Shown piece by piece: positions 50,426-64,000 of a stretch of DNA of 64,000 nucleotides; within the stretch, counting starts at the first letter, position 1; the number at the start of each line of letters is the position of its first letter. Source of the stretch: Octopus sinensis (lineage: Eukaryota); the NCBI RefSeq assembly GCF_006345805.1, contig NC_043013.1:7998001-8062000 (forward strand). Reading direction: 5' to 3'. The position numbers and the translations under genes are program-made. The notes beneath the pieces were generated by a model. It was not told where the DNA came from, did no database searches, and saw only the letters and a program-made list of their open reading frames with translations.

Positions 50426-51067
50426 TTTAATGTGGTGAGCTGGCAAAATGGTTTGCATACCAGACAAAAAGCTTAGTGGCATTTCATCTATTTTTATGTT
50501 CTGAGATCAAATTCTGCCTTGATCAACTTTGCCTTTCATCCCATCGGGGTTGATAAAATAAGTACCAGTCAAGCACTGGGTCTATGATATCAACTTTCCA
50601 ATTTTCCTTAAAATTGCTGGCCTTGTGCAAGAATATGAAACCATTGTTATTGTTGTTCCCATGTTCTGAGTTCAAATTTCGCTGAGTTCAACTTTACCGT
50701 TCATCCTTTTAGGGTCAATAAATTAGATACCTATTTCTTTATTACCCACAAGGGGCTAAACATAGAGGGGACAAACAAGGACAGACATAGGTATTAAGTC
50801 AATTACATCGACCCCAGTGCATAACTGGTACTTTAATTTATCGACCCCGAAAGGATGAAAGGCAAAGTCGACCTTGGCGGAATTTGAACTCAGAACGTAA
50901 CGGCAGACGAAATACCGCAAAGCATTTTCGCCCGGCATGCTAACGTTTCTGCCAGCTCGCCGCCTTGATAAATTAGATAAATTAGATACCAGTTGAGTAC
51001 TTGGGTTGATGTAATTGACTTTCCCTACCACCAAATTTCAGGCCTTGTGCCTATGATAGAAAGGATT
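50145..51067. mobile_element. Cluster of four SINE family B copies (three plus-strand; one young minus-strand copy nested at about 50731-50966)
   Basis: Heads at 50145 and 50432; headless copy from about 50662; the nested copy is flanked by an ATAAATTAGATACC duplication. Confidence 0.85.
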
Positions 51068-51703
51068 GTTGTTGTTGTTGTTGTTAAGGTGGCATGATCG
51101 TTAGTATACGGGACAGAATGATTAGTGGTGATGGCTGAAACATGTACAAGATAAGAGATAATTTCTAATTATGCTATGGTTTCATTGATTTGATCTCTGA
51201 TCATCATCAAACGTCCTATTTCTGAACATGTACATTGTTACAGTAGACATGCTTCAAACCAGAATCTGCTATTCCTTAATTAAAGGTGATAATGGTTTTA
51301 GTCACTGAGTCACTGATGCATGAACATGATTCTCTTGTTGGCTCTCCAAGGTTGGATGACTGAACACAAATTAATTTTCAAAGTCAGTGTTTAATGAGGA
51401 AACAGCGCAACCGTACCTGTGTGGTAAGAGGCTTGCTACCCAACCACATGTTTCCAGGTTCAGTGCCTCATCGTGGCACCTAGGGCATTGTGGTACGAAA
51501 GCTTTGTGGGTGGATCTGGTAGATTGAAACTGAAAAGAAGCCCATTGTAAATGTGTGTGTGTATGTGTAATATGTATACATGTGTGTGTGTGTATATATA
51601 TATATATGTATAAAGGGAAAGTTTACAAAAATAAACAAAAGACGAAGGCAGGTGGAGTACAAACAAACAAATGTATTAGTATAGCGCTCAGGAATAGAAA
51701 AAG

Positions 51704-51741
51704 TCTTTTACGTTTCGAGCCTATGCTCTTCGACAGAAAGA
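51704..51741 (-). ncRNA. Minimal type I hammerhead motif with variant core (CUGUCGA), inside a ~190-bp element (51610-51800) in (TA)n
   Basis: Minus strand TCTTT-CTGTCGA-A-GAGC-ATAG-GCTC-GAAAC-GTA-AAAGA; perfect stems I and II; GUA site. Confidence 0.6.
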
Positions 51742-51937
51742 TACACAGAAAAAACAAGGAGAGAAACAAGGAGAGAAAAAAATGCGTGTAGGAGCTGTTT
51801 ATATGTGTATATATGTATATATGTTTATATGTGTATATATATAAATATATGCACATATATGTGTGTCTATATATATGTGTGTATGTATATATGTATATGT
51901 ATGTATATATGTGTGTGTGTGTATATATATATATGTG

Positions 51938-51971
<34 letters not shown>

Positions 51972-52382
51972 CATCCTCCTCATCATCATTATTTAACATC
52001 TGCTTTCCATGCTGGCATGGGTTGGACAATTTGACTGAGGACTGCCAATGCCAAACCAGGCGTCTGCACAATGTTCCAATCTGATCTGGCAAAGTTTCTA
52101 CAGTTGGATGCCCTTCCTAACATCAACCGCTCTACATATATATGTATGTGTGTGTGTGTGTGTGTATATGTTTGTGTGTCTGTGTTTGTCCCCCTAACAT
52201 TGCTGGTGTGTTTACATCCCGTTAACTTAGCAGCAGTTCAGCAAAAGAGACCAATAGAATAAGTACTAGGCTTAGAAAGAATAAGTCCTGGGATTGATTT
52301 GCTCGACTAAAGGCGGTGCTCCAGCATGGCCACAGTCAAATGACTGAAACAAGTAAAAGAATAAAAAAATAAAACGAAAATG

Positions 52383-52426
<44 letters not shown>

Positions 52427-53635
52427 TATATATATATTTTTTGTGTGTGTATGTATGTATCTACCTTTATATATATATTATATAAATACTGGGATCAATT
52501 CATTCAACTAGAAACTTTTCAAGTTCGTGCTCCAGCATGGCCACAGTCTAACGACTTAAACAAATAAGATATAAAAGATAAAAGATAGACAAGAATAGAC
52601 ATTTCCCATTCATTCTATGCCAGACAAGGTGCAGCCAGAAGCAGCCCCGCATTCTGGCACTCCTGCGTTTTTCCTTCATCAGAATGCCACAATAATAACT
52701 TGTAAAAGGAAGAGTAACCTCATCCGTCTCTGGTTCATTTTTTTTTTTTTTTTTTTTCCTTGTCACCAAATTTAACCAATTGGTGACCTGCTCATATATA
52801 AAAAAAAAACAAAAAAACAATACTCTTTCCACATGTGCGTTCTCCTTTACCTTCTCATTAGCCTTGTTTTCAATTGGCCATTATCTCCGTTCCCACAACT
52901 CAGGTAGTAGATTATTGTTGTGGGTGATTTAATGAGAGAAATAAATTGTGTTAATAATGTTTGTGTAATGCCATAAATTTGTATTTTGAAAGTTTTCAAA
53001 GGAAACAATGCAGACTAAGAGACGCTTTTTTTAAATGCATTTTTACTAATCAGAAAGGTCATAGTGATTATCTTGATAGATATTCGGTAAGTGTTAAACT
53101 GTATGATAGGTTGCTCTTAGTAGCGTTAACCGTGATAATGTGGAGAACAATATATATCTATATGCATATCCTGCCTAAGATTTTACTTTAGTTGTTTGTC
53201 AGATTTGTCTGGATAAGTCAGGGATACCCATCTGCTTTTAAAATTAGAAACATCTATTGGTAAGTTTGTATTTAAACTATTTAATGCATGGATCAACGGA
53301 AAAGCCTAATTAGAAATATTTATACAGTGGAGTGGCGGTGGAGTTGAGGAATAAAAATATAATTAACGACAAATTTTTCATGTATTGCTGACCTCTTTCG
53401 GATCTGTTTCAGTGTTATTCTGAACTCATCTGCAAAGTAGTAAAATATTAATCTCTTTGTATTTGCTGAATGAAGTATTGATGAATTAATCATTATTAAT
53501 TGAATAGTTATCTATTTTTTTGATATTGAAAAAAAATGAAAAAAGGGAATTCTTTAGAGATTGAAAAATTTAGGAATATCTCGTTTTTGGATTTGGTTTG
53601 CAGGATTCTTTATGTGAGTTCTTGTGTTGAAGCAT

Positions 53636-53861
53636 ATTCTGTTGTGTCTGGGGAGAGTCATTTTCTTTTTGTGCCTTATAATTTAACACACTCACCGGTA
53701 AAATTTCCACTTATTTCTTATTTTTATTTTCTTAAAATTTTCATTGCGTCTTGCAACCTTTTAGGAAAATAAAAATAAGAAATAAGTGGAAATTTTATCA
53801 GTGAGTGCGTTAAATTATAAGGCACAAAAAAAAAAATGACTCTCCCCAGAAACAGCAGAAT
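53636..53861. repeat. Inverted repeat, ~102-bp arms, 21-nt spacer
   Basis: ATTCTGTTGTGTCTGGGGAGAGTCA...TTTCTTAAAA (53636-53737) versus TTTTAGGAAA...TGACTCTCCCCAGAAACAGCAGAAT (53759-53861). Confidence 0.92.
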
Positions 53862-55224
53862 TTAGAAATATCATTATCATAAAAATGCACACTCATACAT
53901 ATATATATATATATACATTCATATACATACACACACATATATACATATGTGTATATATATAAATGTGTATATATATATATATATATTTATATCTATCTGA
54001 CTGGACTGGTGCAGCTTTCGGGCTCCCCAGACCCCAGTTGAACCGTCCAACCCATGCTAGCATGGAAAGCGGACGTTAAATGATGATGATGATGATGATG
54101 ATATCATTTAGCACAATTGGTGCTGGTTTTTTCATGTCCTTGTGCCTTGGTATTTCCTGAAAAGAGACTGATTAATGACTGATGTGTCAGGCATTAAAAA
54201 AAAAAATGTCAAGGTGGCCACAGTCCAGGGACTGGAACAAGATTAAGTTTAAAAAATAAAAAAAATAAAGTTAATTAATTAACTAACTTGTTGCCTCATA
54301 CTCTTTTACTCTTTTACTTGTTTCAGTCATTTGACTGTGGCCATGCTGGAGCACCGCCTTTAGTCGAGCAAATCAACCCCAGGGCTTATTCTTTGTAAGC
54401 CCAGTACTTATTCTATCGGTCTATTTGTCATATACTTTTTTTAAGGGTAAGCAAATAGGAAATACCAGTTTCCACCCAAGTACAAAAATTGTGTTAGACA
54501 GTATCATAACTTTGTATCATAATACTATGGATGGCCTGAAGCAGATTATTATCAACAGGGTTAATACCTGTGATGCCATCTGGGCTGGCAATTTAATATA
54601 CATACATGTGAGAATGGAAAAAAAATCTGCTAAACTAAAATTAGATTTTTACGTAGTCGTTCTTTCACCAGAAATGCAACACCTGTGGTTTCCTATTCTA
54701 GAGCATATCCATTTCAATTCTCTTCTAAATAATTTTGTCATGATTCTCTCTACTACTTTCATAATTTGATTGATTATCCCTAATCCTATCTGATTCCCCC
54801 TCTATCCAGTGCCCCTGTTTAACCTCTGCACTAGTTAACAATCATATTGCTTCATCAATCATTGAACCAAGTCCTGTGATGCATACCTTGGTGATTTGAT
54901 AAGTCTGGAAAATGTGCCAGATGCATTAGGAATGGTAGAATGGCAAGTGAATGAGAGAATGTTGATAATGGAAATTAAAGCCCATAGCTCAAGTGCCATC
55001 AAGTTCTTCATGGTGGGCGTCCGATGATGAAATGAGATTCACACATGCAGGATATTAATTGATTTTAGTGGAGGTGTGTGAAAGGAAGTAAACAAGAAGT
55101 GAATACCCCAGTTATTTATAGTATATATACACACACACATACACATGTATATATATGTGTGTGCGTATATATATATATATATATATATATTTATGTGTGT
55201 GTGTATGTATATATATATATATTT

Positions 55225-55606
55225 AGGCGAAGGAGTGGCTGTATGGTAAGTAGCTTGCTTACCAACCACGTGGTTCCGGGTTCATTCCCACTGCGTGGCA
55301 CCTTGGACAAATGTCTTCTGTTGTAGCCTTGGGCCAACCAAAGCCATATGAGTGGATTTGGTAGACGGAAACTGAAAGAAGCCCATCGTATATATTTATA
55401 TGTTTGTGTGTCTGTGTTTATCCCCCACCAGCATCACTTGACAACCGATGGTAGTGTGTTTACATCCCCATAACTTAGTGGTTCGGCAAAAGAGACAGAT
55501 AGAGTAAGTACTAGACTTCCAAAGAATAAGTCCTGGGGTCAATTTGCTTCACTAAAGGCGGTGCTCCAGCATGGCCACAGTCACATGACTGAAACAAGTG
55601 AAAGAG
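55225..55606 (+). mobile_element. SINE family A, full length
   Basis: Head GGCGAAGGAGTGGCTG through tail GACTGAAACAAGTGAAAGAG. Confidence 0.9.
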
Positions 55607-55619
55607 TATGTGTGTGTGT

Positions 55620-55872
55620 GTCATTTGACTGCGGCCATGCTGGAGCACAGCCTTTAGTTGAGCAAATTGACCCCAGGACTTACTCTTTTGTCAAACTACT
55701 AAGTTACAGAGATGTAAACACACTAGCATCGGTTGTCAAGTGACGTTGGGAGGACAATCACTGACACAAAAACACACACACACATATATATGCATATACA
55801 TATATACGACAGGCTTCTTTCAATTTCCATCTACCAAATCCACTGGCAAGGCTTACCACATGGCCACTCCTG
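55620..55872 (-). mobile_element. SINE family A, internally deleted, tail-to-tail with the previous copy
   Basis: GTCATTTGACTGCGGCCATGCTGGAGCAC...CTACCAAATCCACT. Confidence 0.8.
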
Positions 55873-56075
55873 AAATTAATTGCAACCAACTCATGAGTTT
55901 TCAATGGCAAAATGACCCTCACTAAGCACAAAAACTCTGCTTCAACACAGGATTTTGTATCAAGAATATCTATAAAACATATTTGAAAATGAAATATTGC
56001 AAGTAATTTTCTATTAAAATGTATTTATTTATTATAAATCTTAGAGCGAGTTATAAACAGTAGCTGCAACACATT

Positions 56076-56300
56076 GTGATGTATATTTGCCATTTAAATA
56101 TGGCTAACCCCTAAGGGCGGATGCTACTGTAGTTTGTAGCCCCAGGAGGACACCTCCTCCAGCTGGCTTTAGACACACTTTCTGATAAGGCAAAGAAAGT
56201 GTGTCTAAAGCCAGCTGGAGGAGGTGTCCTCCTGGGGCTACAAACTACAGTAGCATCCACCCTTAGGGTTAGCCATATTTAAATGGCAAATATACGTCAC
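56076..56300. repeat. Near-perfect foldback, 108/107-bp arms, 10-nt loop
   Basis: Arms 56076-56183 and 56194-56300 differ by two substitutions and one indel; loop GATAAGGCAA. Confidence 0.95.
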
Positions 56301-57029
56301 GTATTTATTTATTTTTTTACTGATAAATGAATTAAAATAGGTAGAAAGAAAGACAATATCTTGGCACAGTAATAATGGTTTCAAATTTTGGTAGAAGGCT
56401 AGCAAGTTGACCCCAGTGTTAAACTAGTACTAATTTTATCAACCCTGAATGTCAACCTCGGCAGAATTTGAACACAGAACATAACGACAAATGAAATGCC
56501 ACCAAGCATTTCACCCAGCATACTAACAGTTCCACCAGCTTGCCGCGTTAAAGGTCACAGTTATGACAGAAGAAAAATCCTTATGTACATTGTTGGAACA
56601 CATGACCTGTGAACTAGCAGGCCACTCTGTTATCAACTTGAATTTTGTGGAAGTAAAAAAAAAAAAAAAAGGAAGAAAAATAGAAAAGAAAAGAAAAGCA
56701 ACAGCATAATTCAGTGAGAATGCTCAAAATAACTTTAAAGTAATTTCCCATAAGAAGTGAATAAGTACATTTCATGACCACTGCAAGGAAAAGTGCTTTA
56801 GAAATTCATTCATTATTCCACAATTCAGTATTGTATTTATGTTGACATTAAGAAAAACCAGTGTCAGGGTTATCAAAAGCAAGTATTCTCAATTTCACAT
56901 ATTCTAAATAGCAAGTATTTTATGAGAAAATTAACTTATGCTATAAATGGATTGACGAACTTGATATTTTAACCCTTTCCACTTATGGATTACTTTTGTA
57001 AAAAAACAACAACAACAACAACAACATTG

Positions 57030-57450
57030 GCGTTTAACATCCGCTTTCCATGCTGTCATGGGTTGAACGATTTGACTGAGGACTGGCGAACCAGATGGCT
57101 GCACCAGGCTCCAATCTTGATCTGGCAGAGTTTCTACAGCTGGATGCCCTTCCTAACGCCAACCACTCCGAGAAGGTAGTGGGTGCTTTTATGTGCCACC
57201 AGCACAAGAGCCAGTGAGGTGGTACTGGCAATGGCCATGCTCAAATGGTGTTTTTTATGTGCCATCTGCAGAGGAGCCACTCCAGCGGCACTGGCAAAGA
57301 TGTCATTCAAATATTTTCTCATGTGCCAGTAAGGCAACGCTGGTAACAATCACACTTGAATGGTGCTTTTTATGTGCCACCGGCACTGAAGCCAGTCAGC
57401 TGCTCTGGCAACGATCACGCTTGGATGGTGCTCTTAGCGCTCCACTAGTA
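57030..57450 (-). mobile_element. Family E retroposon
   Basis: Colinear with 7612-8000. Confidence 0.8.
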
Positions 57451-57592
57451 TGGATTTCAAGTAACACATATTTATTCACATTGTTCTGAAATAATCTTGC
57501 ATAATCTTGTAGCTTTGAGAATTTGATGATGTGATTGTTTATTTTCAGAACGACATTTTAGGATAGGTGTAAGAGACTAGATCTTAGCTAGT

Positions 57593-58001
57593 TTACTCTT
57601 TTTACTTGTTTCAGTCATTTGACTGTGGTCATGCTGGAGCACCACCTTTAGTCGAGCAAATCGACCCCGGGACTTATTCTTTGTAAGCCCAGTACTTATT
57701 CTATCGGTCTCTTTTGCCGAACCGCTAAGTGACGGGGACGTAAACACACCAGCATCGGTTGTCAAGCAATGCTAGGGGGACAAACACAGACACACAAACA
57801 TATACACACACACACTTATATATATATATACATATATACAACAGGCTTCTTTCAGTTTCCGTCTACCAAATCCACTCACAAGGCATTGGTTGGCCCGGGG
57901 CTATAGCAGAAGACACTTTCCCAAGATGCCACGCAGTGGGACTGAACCCGGAACCATGTGGTTGGTTAGCAAGCTACTTACCACACAGCCACTCCTGCGC
58001 C
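57593..58001 (-). mobile_element. SINE family A (young) inserted in a TTAA-MITE
   Basis: Near-identical reverse complement of 21012-21431; the MITE body lies at 57455-57592 and resumes at 58005-58069. Confidence 0.92.
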
Positions 58002-58500
58002 AATGTTTGTACATAAAAGATGTAGAATATATCGTCTGGATATGGCTGGCTTAAATGCTAAAGAGTTAATCTGTCATCAGCCAAATTATTTTGAATCCAG
58101 ATTCTTCTTATATTTGTTGCATGGTTTTGAAGAAATTGAAAGCAGTTTATTTTCAGAAGGACATTGTAGTGTATGTGTGAGAGGTTGGATCTGGCTAGTT
58201 TGAACAGAGATCAGGTGGAATATTTGGGCTGGATATGGCTGGTTTGAGCGGTAAAAGATTAAAACTTTCAAAAAAAGAAAAAAAGTCAAGATAATTCTTT
58301 TATTTGTTTCAGTCATTTGACTGTGGCCATGCTGGAGCACCACCTTTAGTCAAAGAAATTGACCCCAGGATGGATAGGTGGATACCGCTTTGAAGAATTT
58401 GACTGGAATGAATCCACCCCAGTACCTATTGTTCTCTTTTGCGAAACTGCTAAGTTCCTGGGATGTAAACACGCCAGCATTGTTTCTCAAGTGGTGGTGA

Positions 58501-58554
<54 letters not shown>

Positions 58555-58981
58555 ACACACACACACACTCACATACCATCCATCCATCTATCTATCTATT
58601 GTTGTCTAAGAATCCATGTCAGAATAAACCAGGGCACTTATATCATATTTGTTGATAGAACGGGTGTATTAATCTTTATATACTGGAAAGTCCTTGATCA
58701 TTTGATATGTCATGGTTGACCTGGGGCTAAACAGTAACATTTACTTACCAGGTTGTATCTGTTGTGAATCCAGTATTTATACTGTAGGTCATGGATCATC
58801 CAACATAGGATATTAATGAATGGTAAGAGAATGTGCTGAGAGAGAGAGAAAGAGAGAGAGGGAGAGAGAGAAAGAGAGAGATTGAGATTGAGAGAGAGAG
58901 AAAACCTGTTCAACCCATGCCAGCCGAGAAATTGAGACAGTAAAATTATGATGATGATGATGATAATGGTAATGATGGTAG

Positions 58982-59019
<38 letters not shown>

Positions 59020-59043
59020 GTAATGATGATGATGATGATGGTA

Positions 59044-59075
<32 letters not shown>

Positions 59076-59569
59076 GATGAATTTGGTTTTGTACAAACAC
59101 TAGTGACAGATTAGAAAGACTTATTCAAACCCTATCAACTCAGAGAGAGAGAGAGAAAAAAAAATATAGAAAAAATAAAACAAACAAAAACAAAAACCTA
59201 ACTACATTTCAAATTGTGCAGATGATGGCACAATAATGATGGTGATGATGATGATGACGATGATGATGATGATGAATAATAATAATAATAAGAAAAAAGG
59301 GGCAAAAATTTAATATTGCTGTCATGTGTCTTCTGGAGCAGAATTGTCTTAATCCTTCATGATTTTATGTTAAATTCAGTTCGAAACAGCAGTTTAAAAA
59401 AAACCAGAAAGCTATTTTACTAAATTCTTCATTCTTTTAAAAATAAACTGAAACAAAGAACAGTTTAATTTAATTGAGATTTGGTAACCAAAGGGTTAAT
59501 GTATTCTACCAGCAAACCGAATTTCTTCCAATTTTACAGAATACCTCAGTTTTGCTGAGTCTTGATTCT

Positions 59570-60085
59570 TACCTTGTGAGTGGATTTGGTAGACGGACAC
59601 TGAAAGAAGCCCGTCATATATATGTATGTGTGTGTTTGTGTGTCTGTGTTTGTCCCACCCAACATCGCTTGACAACTGATGCTGGTGTGTTTATGTCCCC
59701 GTTACTTAGCGGTTTGGCAAAAGAGACCGATAGAATAAGTACCAGGCTTGCAAGGAATAAGTCCTGGGGTCGATTTAGTCAACTAAAGGCGGTGCTCCAG
59801 CATGGCTGCAGTCAAATGACTAAAACAAGTAAAAGAGTAAAGATGAGGACAAATATCTGTTGAATGTAAATAAGGTAAATAATGTAAAAAAATGTAAGAA
59901 TCCTAGTACTTATTTTTTGTAAAACCTGGTATTTATTCTATACCTCTATTTTTGGTTTCTGTCAATGAAATCCACTCACAAGGCTTTGGTTGGCCCGGGG
60001 CTATAGTAGAAGACACTTGCCCAAGGTGCCACGCAGTGGGACTGAACCTGGAACCATGTAGTTGGGAAGCAAGCTTCTTACAATA
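59570..60085. mobile_element. SINE family A fragments: plus-strand 3' part (59570-59842) and minus-strand head (59955-60085)
   Basis: Diagnostic family A blocks in opposite orientations. Confidence 0.8.
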
Positions 60086-60717
60086 CACGCACACATATGT
60101 GTGTGTGTGTGTTGTTTAATAGCAGTTTGATTTGGCTATCTTCTTTCTAAAGAATTCTTCAAATATTTTCAAATGCTTCAGATTTCTTGGACCAATGCCA
60201 GATTGACACAATGTTCAAAAAAGACACTGTGACATTTATGGCATCACTCAGCATTCATCTTCATTGTATTACTAATGTTTCTTTTAATGACATTTTTACA
60301 AAAAAAAGACACTACTCCACCTCCTTCTCCTTCTCCTGCTTCTCTTCCTCCTCATGTGTATGTATACGTACTTCTATATGTGTGTGTGTACGTTTATGTG
60401 TGTGTGTGTGCATATGTATTGATGCATGTGTATGAGTGCGTATGTATATATATATGCATGTGCGTGTATATATGTATATATAAATCTGTGTGTGTGTATG
60501 TGAATGTGTATATTTGTGTGTGTGTATATATGTTTGTGTATTTATGTGTGTGTATACATGTATGTTTATGTACTTACCATCATCATCGTCAGCATCATCA
60601 TCATCATCATCATTGTCATGTGTCTGTCTAATTATTTACTTTGGCTTCTTTAATATTTGTACCTGAAGTGTTGAAAAATTTCTGTATTCCTTTGAGTTGT
60701 GTATGCCTGTGCAATAT

Positions 60718-60749
<32 letters not shown>

Positions 60750-60762
60750 ATATATATATAAA

Positions 60763-60912
60763 CAGGGTGCGATGGGTAAATTGTCGCCATTTCATATATT
60801 TAATTTCGTGTATTGTTTTTGATTTTGTCGACTACACAGTATTGTAGGGTCAGTTGGACACCGTCTATGAGAAAGAAACACCATCATGACACAATTCAAT
60901 CTGCCAGAAATA
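60763..60912 (+). mobile_element. Possible Tc1/mariner-like transposon left end
   Basis: CAGGGTGCGATGGGTAAATTGTCGCCATTT directly after (TA)n; CAGGGTG termini are typical of this superfamily; no partner end seen. Confidence 0.4.
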
Positions 60913-60994
60913 GACCCCCTTAGGACATTCCCTGAGATTAGGGAGTTGCTGGTTTTAGTTCCATTGTTGTTGCACCAATGATCTAGGAGGAGTT

Positions 60995-61295
60995 GTTTGC
61001 TCCTTCTTGAGCCATGCCTGACTCATAGGGCCGGTTTCCTGGTTTCCTTGGTGTATAGGTTCCCCACCTGGATGGGACACTGGTCCATTGCAGTTGAGCT
61101 GCAAGATGCAGGAGTAAAGAGTGAGAGAAAGTTGTGCCAAAAGAGTCAGCAGAAGTTTGCCATTACCTTCTGCTGGAGCCGCATGGAGCTTAGGTGTTTT
61201 GCTCATAAACACACACATTGCCCTGTCTGAGATTCGAACCCACGATCCCTCGACCGTGAGTCCGCTGCTCTAACCACTAGGCCATGTGCCTCCAC
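60995..61295 (-). mobile_element. SINE family C, full length with TSD
   Basis: Minus-strand A-box TGGCCTAGTGG and B-box GGTTCGAATCTC; flanked by CTAGGAGGAGTT direct repeats at about 60983 and 61296. Confidence 0.88.
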
Positions 61296-61900
61296 CTAGG
61301 AGGAGTTAATGACCATAGAAACATAATGGACAGAAAAACATCCCTGAAATTTATATCAAAATATATAAATGCGTAATCTTTTTTCTCTTTTTACACTTTA
61401 TCTTGTTGAATGCTTATAAAGACGAGTCCTGCTAATGTTTTTGTTTTACCCTGTCTTTTTTTGTGTCTTATTCGTTGTCTTTGTTCTTGTTGTCAGAACT
61501 TCATATCTTTGCATTTTCTGTTATTTAAATGGAACCTTTCATTCCAAATAGCTTTGTTGTTGATTTGTCATGTTCAAGAGTCAATGCTGCTGCTGCTGCT
61601 GTGATCTTGTTAATGTTGTATTTGCTTAGTCCTGGGTTACACCTGATTGAGTAGACCTATGATTGAAAGTGTTCCAGCCTTGATCATTTTGTTTATTTTT
61701 ATATTTTTTTTAGGCGGCATAATGTGTCTAGGACTACTTTAGCCTACAAAATGGTAATAATGACTGACTTAGGAGGGAAATCTAATTGCTATTTTTAGCA
61801 CGTTGAATGGCAATGTAGAAGCTTCCTCTTTGTCTTGGTTCCTCCCTATCTGTATAAACAAATTGTTCTATATGTGTGCATACATACATACATATGTATA

Positions 61901-61934
<34 letters not shown>

Positions 61935-61977
61935 CATACACATGTATATGTACGTAGTATGTATGTATGTATATATA

Positions 61978-62392
61978 GGTGTAGGAGTGGCTGTGTGGTA
62001 AGTAGCTTGCTTACGAACCACATGGTTCCAGGTTCAGTCCCACTGCATGGCACCTTGGGCAAGTGTCTTCTCCTATAGCCTCGGGATGACCAAAGCCTTG
62101 TGAGTGGATTTGGTTGGCAGAAACTGAAAGAAGCCCGTCGTATATAAGTGTTTATATATATATATATATATGCATGTACGTGTGTATATATTTGTGAGTC
62201 TGTGTTTGTCTCCCCAACATCGCTTGACATCACTGGTATGTTTACATCCTCGTAACCTAGCAGTTCGGCAAAACAGACTGATAGAATAAGTACTAGGCTT
62301 ACAAAGAATATGTCTTGGTGTCAATTTGTTCTACTAAAGGTGGTGCTCCAGCATGGCTGCAGTCAAATGACTGAAACAAATAAAAGAAAAGA
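61978..62392 (+). mobile_element. SINE family A, full length
   Basis: Head GGTGTAGGAGTGGCTGTGTGG through tail GACTGAAACAAATAAAAG. Confidence 0.9.
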
Positions 62393-62399
62393 ATATATT

Positions 62400-62860
62400 C
62401 ATATACACACACACATATATACATACATACACACATAATATATACATATATACATACATACATAAATACATACATACATGCATACATACACACACATATA
62501 TACATACATACATACATACACACACACATACATACACACACACATACATACATACATACATACATACATACATACATACATACATACATACACATACATA
62601 TATACATACACACATACATACATACATAAATACATACATACATACATACATACATACAAACATGCATACATACATACATACATACATACATACATACATA
62701 CATACATACATACATACATACATACATACATACATACATACACACACACATGCACACACACATACATACATACATACATACATACATACATACATACATA
62801 CATACATACATACATACATACACATACATATATACATACACACACACACATATATACATA
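62400..62860. repeat. (CATA)n microsatellite
   Basis: Directly visible; source of the MYVC/HTYI ORFs. Confidence 0.95.
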
Positions 62861-63124
62861 GAACATGGTGTTATTGGTGTTGTTTTCTTCCATTGTGGTA
62901 ATTTCTCTTTAATATGCTTCAATCTAACAATGGTAGTTTTGCAACATGAGCTGGGAAAGTGGGGAGGTGTCAGAGGTGGTAGTGTCAGTTGTGGTGGTGG
63001 TGGCGGTGGTTGTGGTGTTGTGATGTACTTGCATGGCAAGCTGACTATCTGACTGCTTATTGACCTTAATTTCTGTTTCCATAGTTACCTTTCTGTCATC
63101 AAAAGTCTTAAGCTTCTGGACATT

Positions 63125-63948
<824 letters not shown>

Positions 63949-64000
63949 TTTGAAAACAGGGAAAGACCTGATTTGCTTGTGTGATTGGCTAATATTTTAT

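Noticed and set aside
54640-54830. RTE-like reverse transcriptase remnant (NQIMKVVERIMTKL, minus strand)
   Set aside because: Plausible, but it is a single short motif without supporting neighbours.
56180-56200. Hammerhead in the hairpin loop (CTGATAAG...GAAA)
   Set aside because: The core lacks G8 and there is no stem II or cleavage triplet in register.

Overview
AT-rich, microsatellite-saturated animal DNA. The tRNA-headed SINE families and repeat landscape strongly resemble an Octopus (coleoid cephalopod) genome, but this is recognition from memory, not a database result. I find no supportable host protein-coding exon; almost every ORF in the track is a microsatellite or SINE artefact, so the window is probably intronic or intergenic. 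The real content is: (1) dozens of SINE copies from about five families; (2) R4/Dong-clade non-LTR retrotransposons (reverse transcriptase plus restriction-like endonuclease), including a 2.9-kb 5'-truncated copy at 47.1-50.0 kb and a nest of six co-oriented 3' fragments at 10.6-13.9 kb embedded in (TAA)n; (3) a 4.2-kb satellite of about 90 copies of a 46-bp unit, apparently amplified from a SINE tRNA-like head, with a ~965-bp higher-order duplication; (4) several type I hammerhead ribozyme motifs in short elements inserted in (TA)n, resembling Penelope pLTRs or retrozymes; (5) two ~100-bp-arm foldbacks; (6) TTAA-flanked MITEs (nested and triplicated), non-autonomous Helitrons, and hAT, Tigger and mariner relics. 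Family labels A-E are my own working names, and repeat boundaries are read by eye (roughly +/-10 bp).
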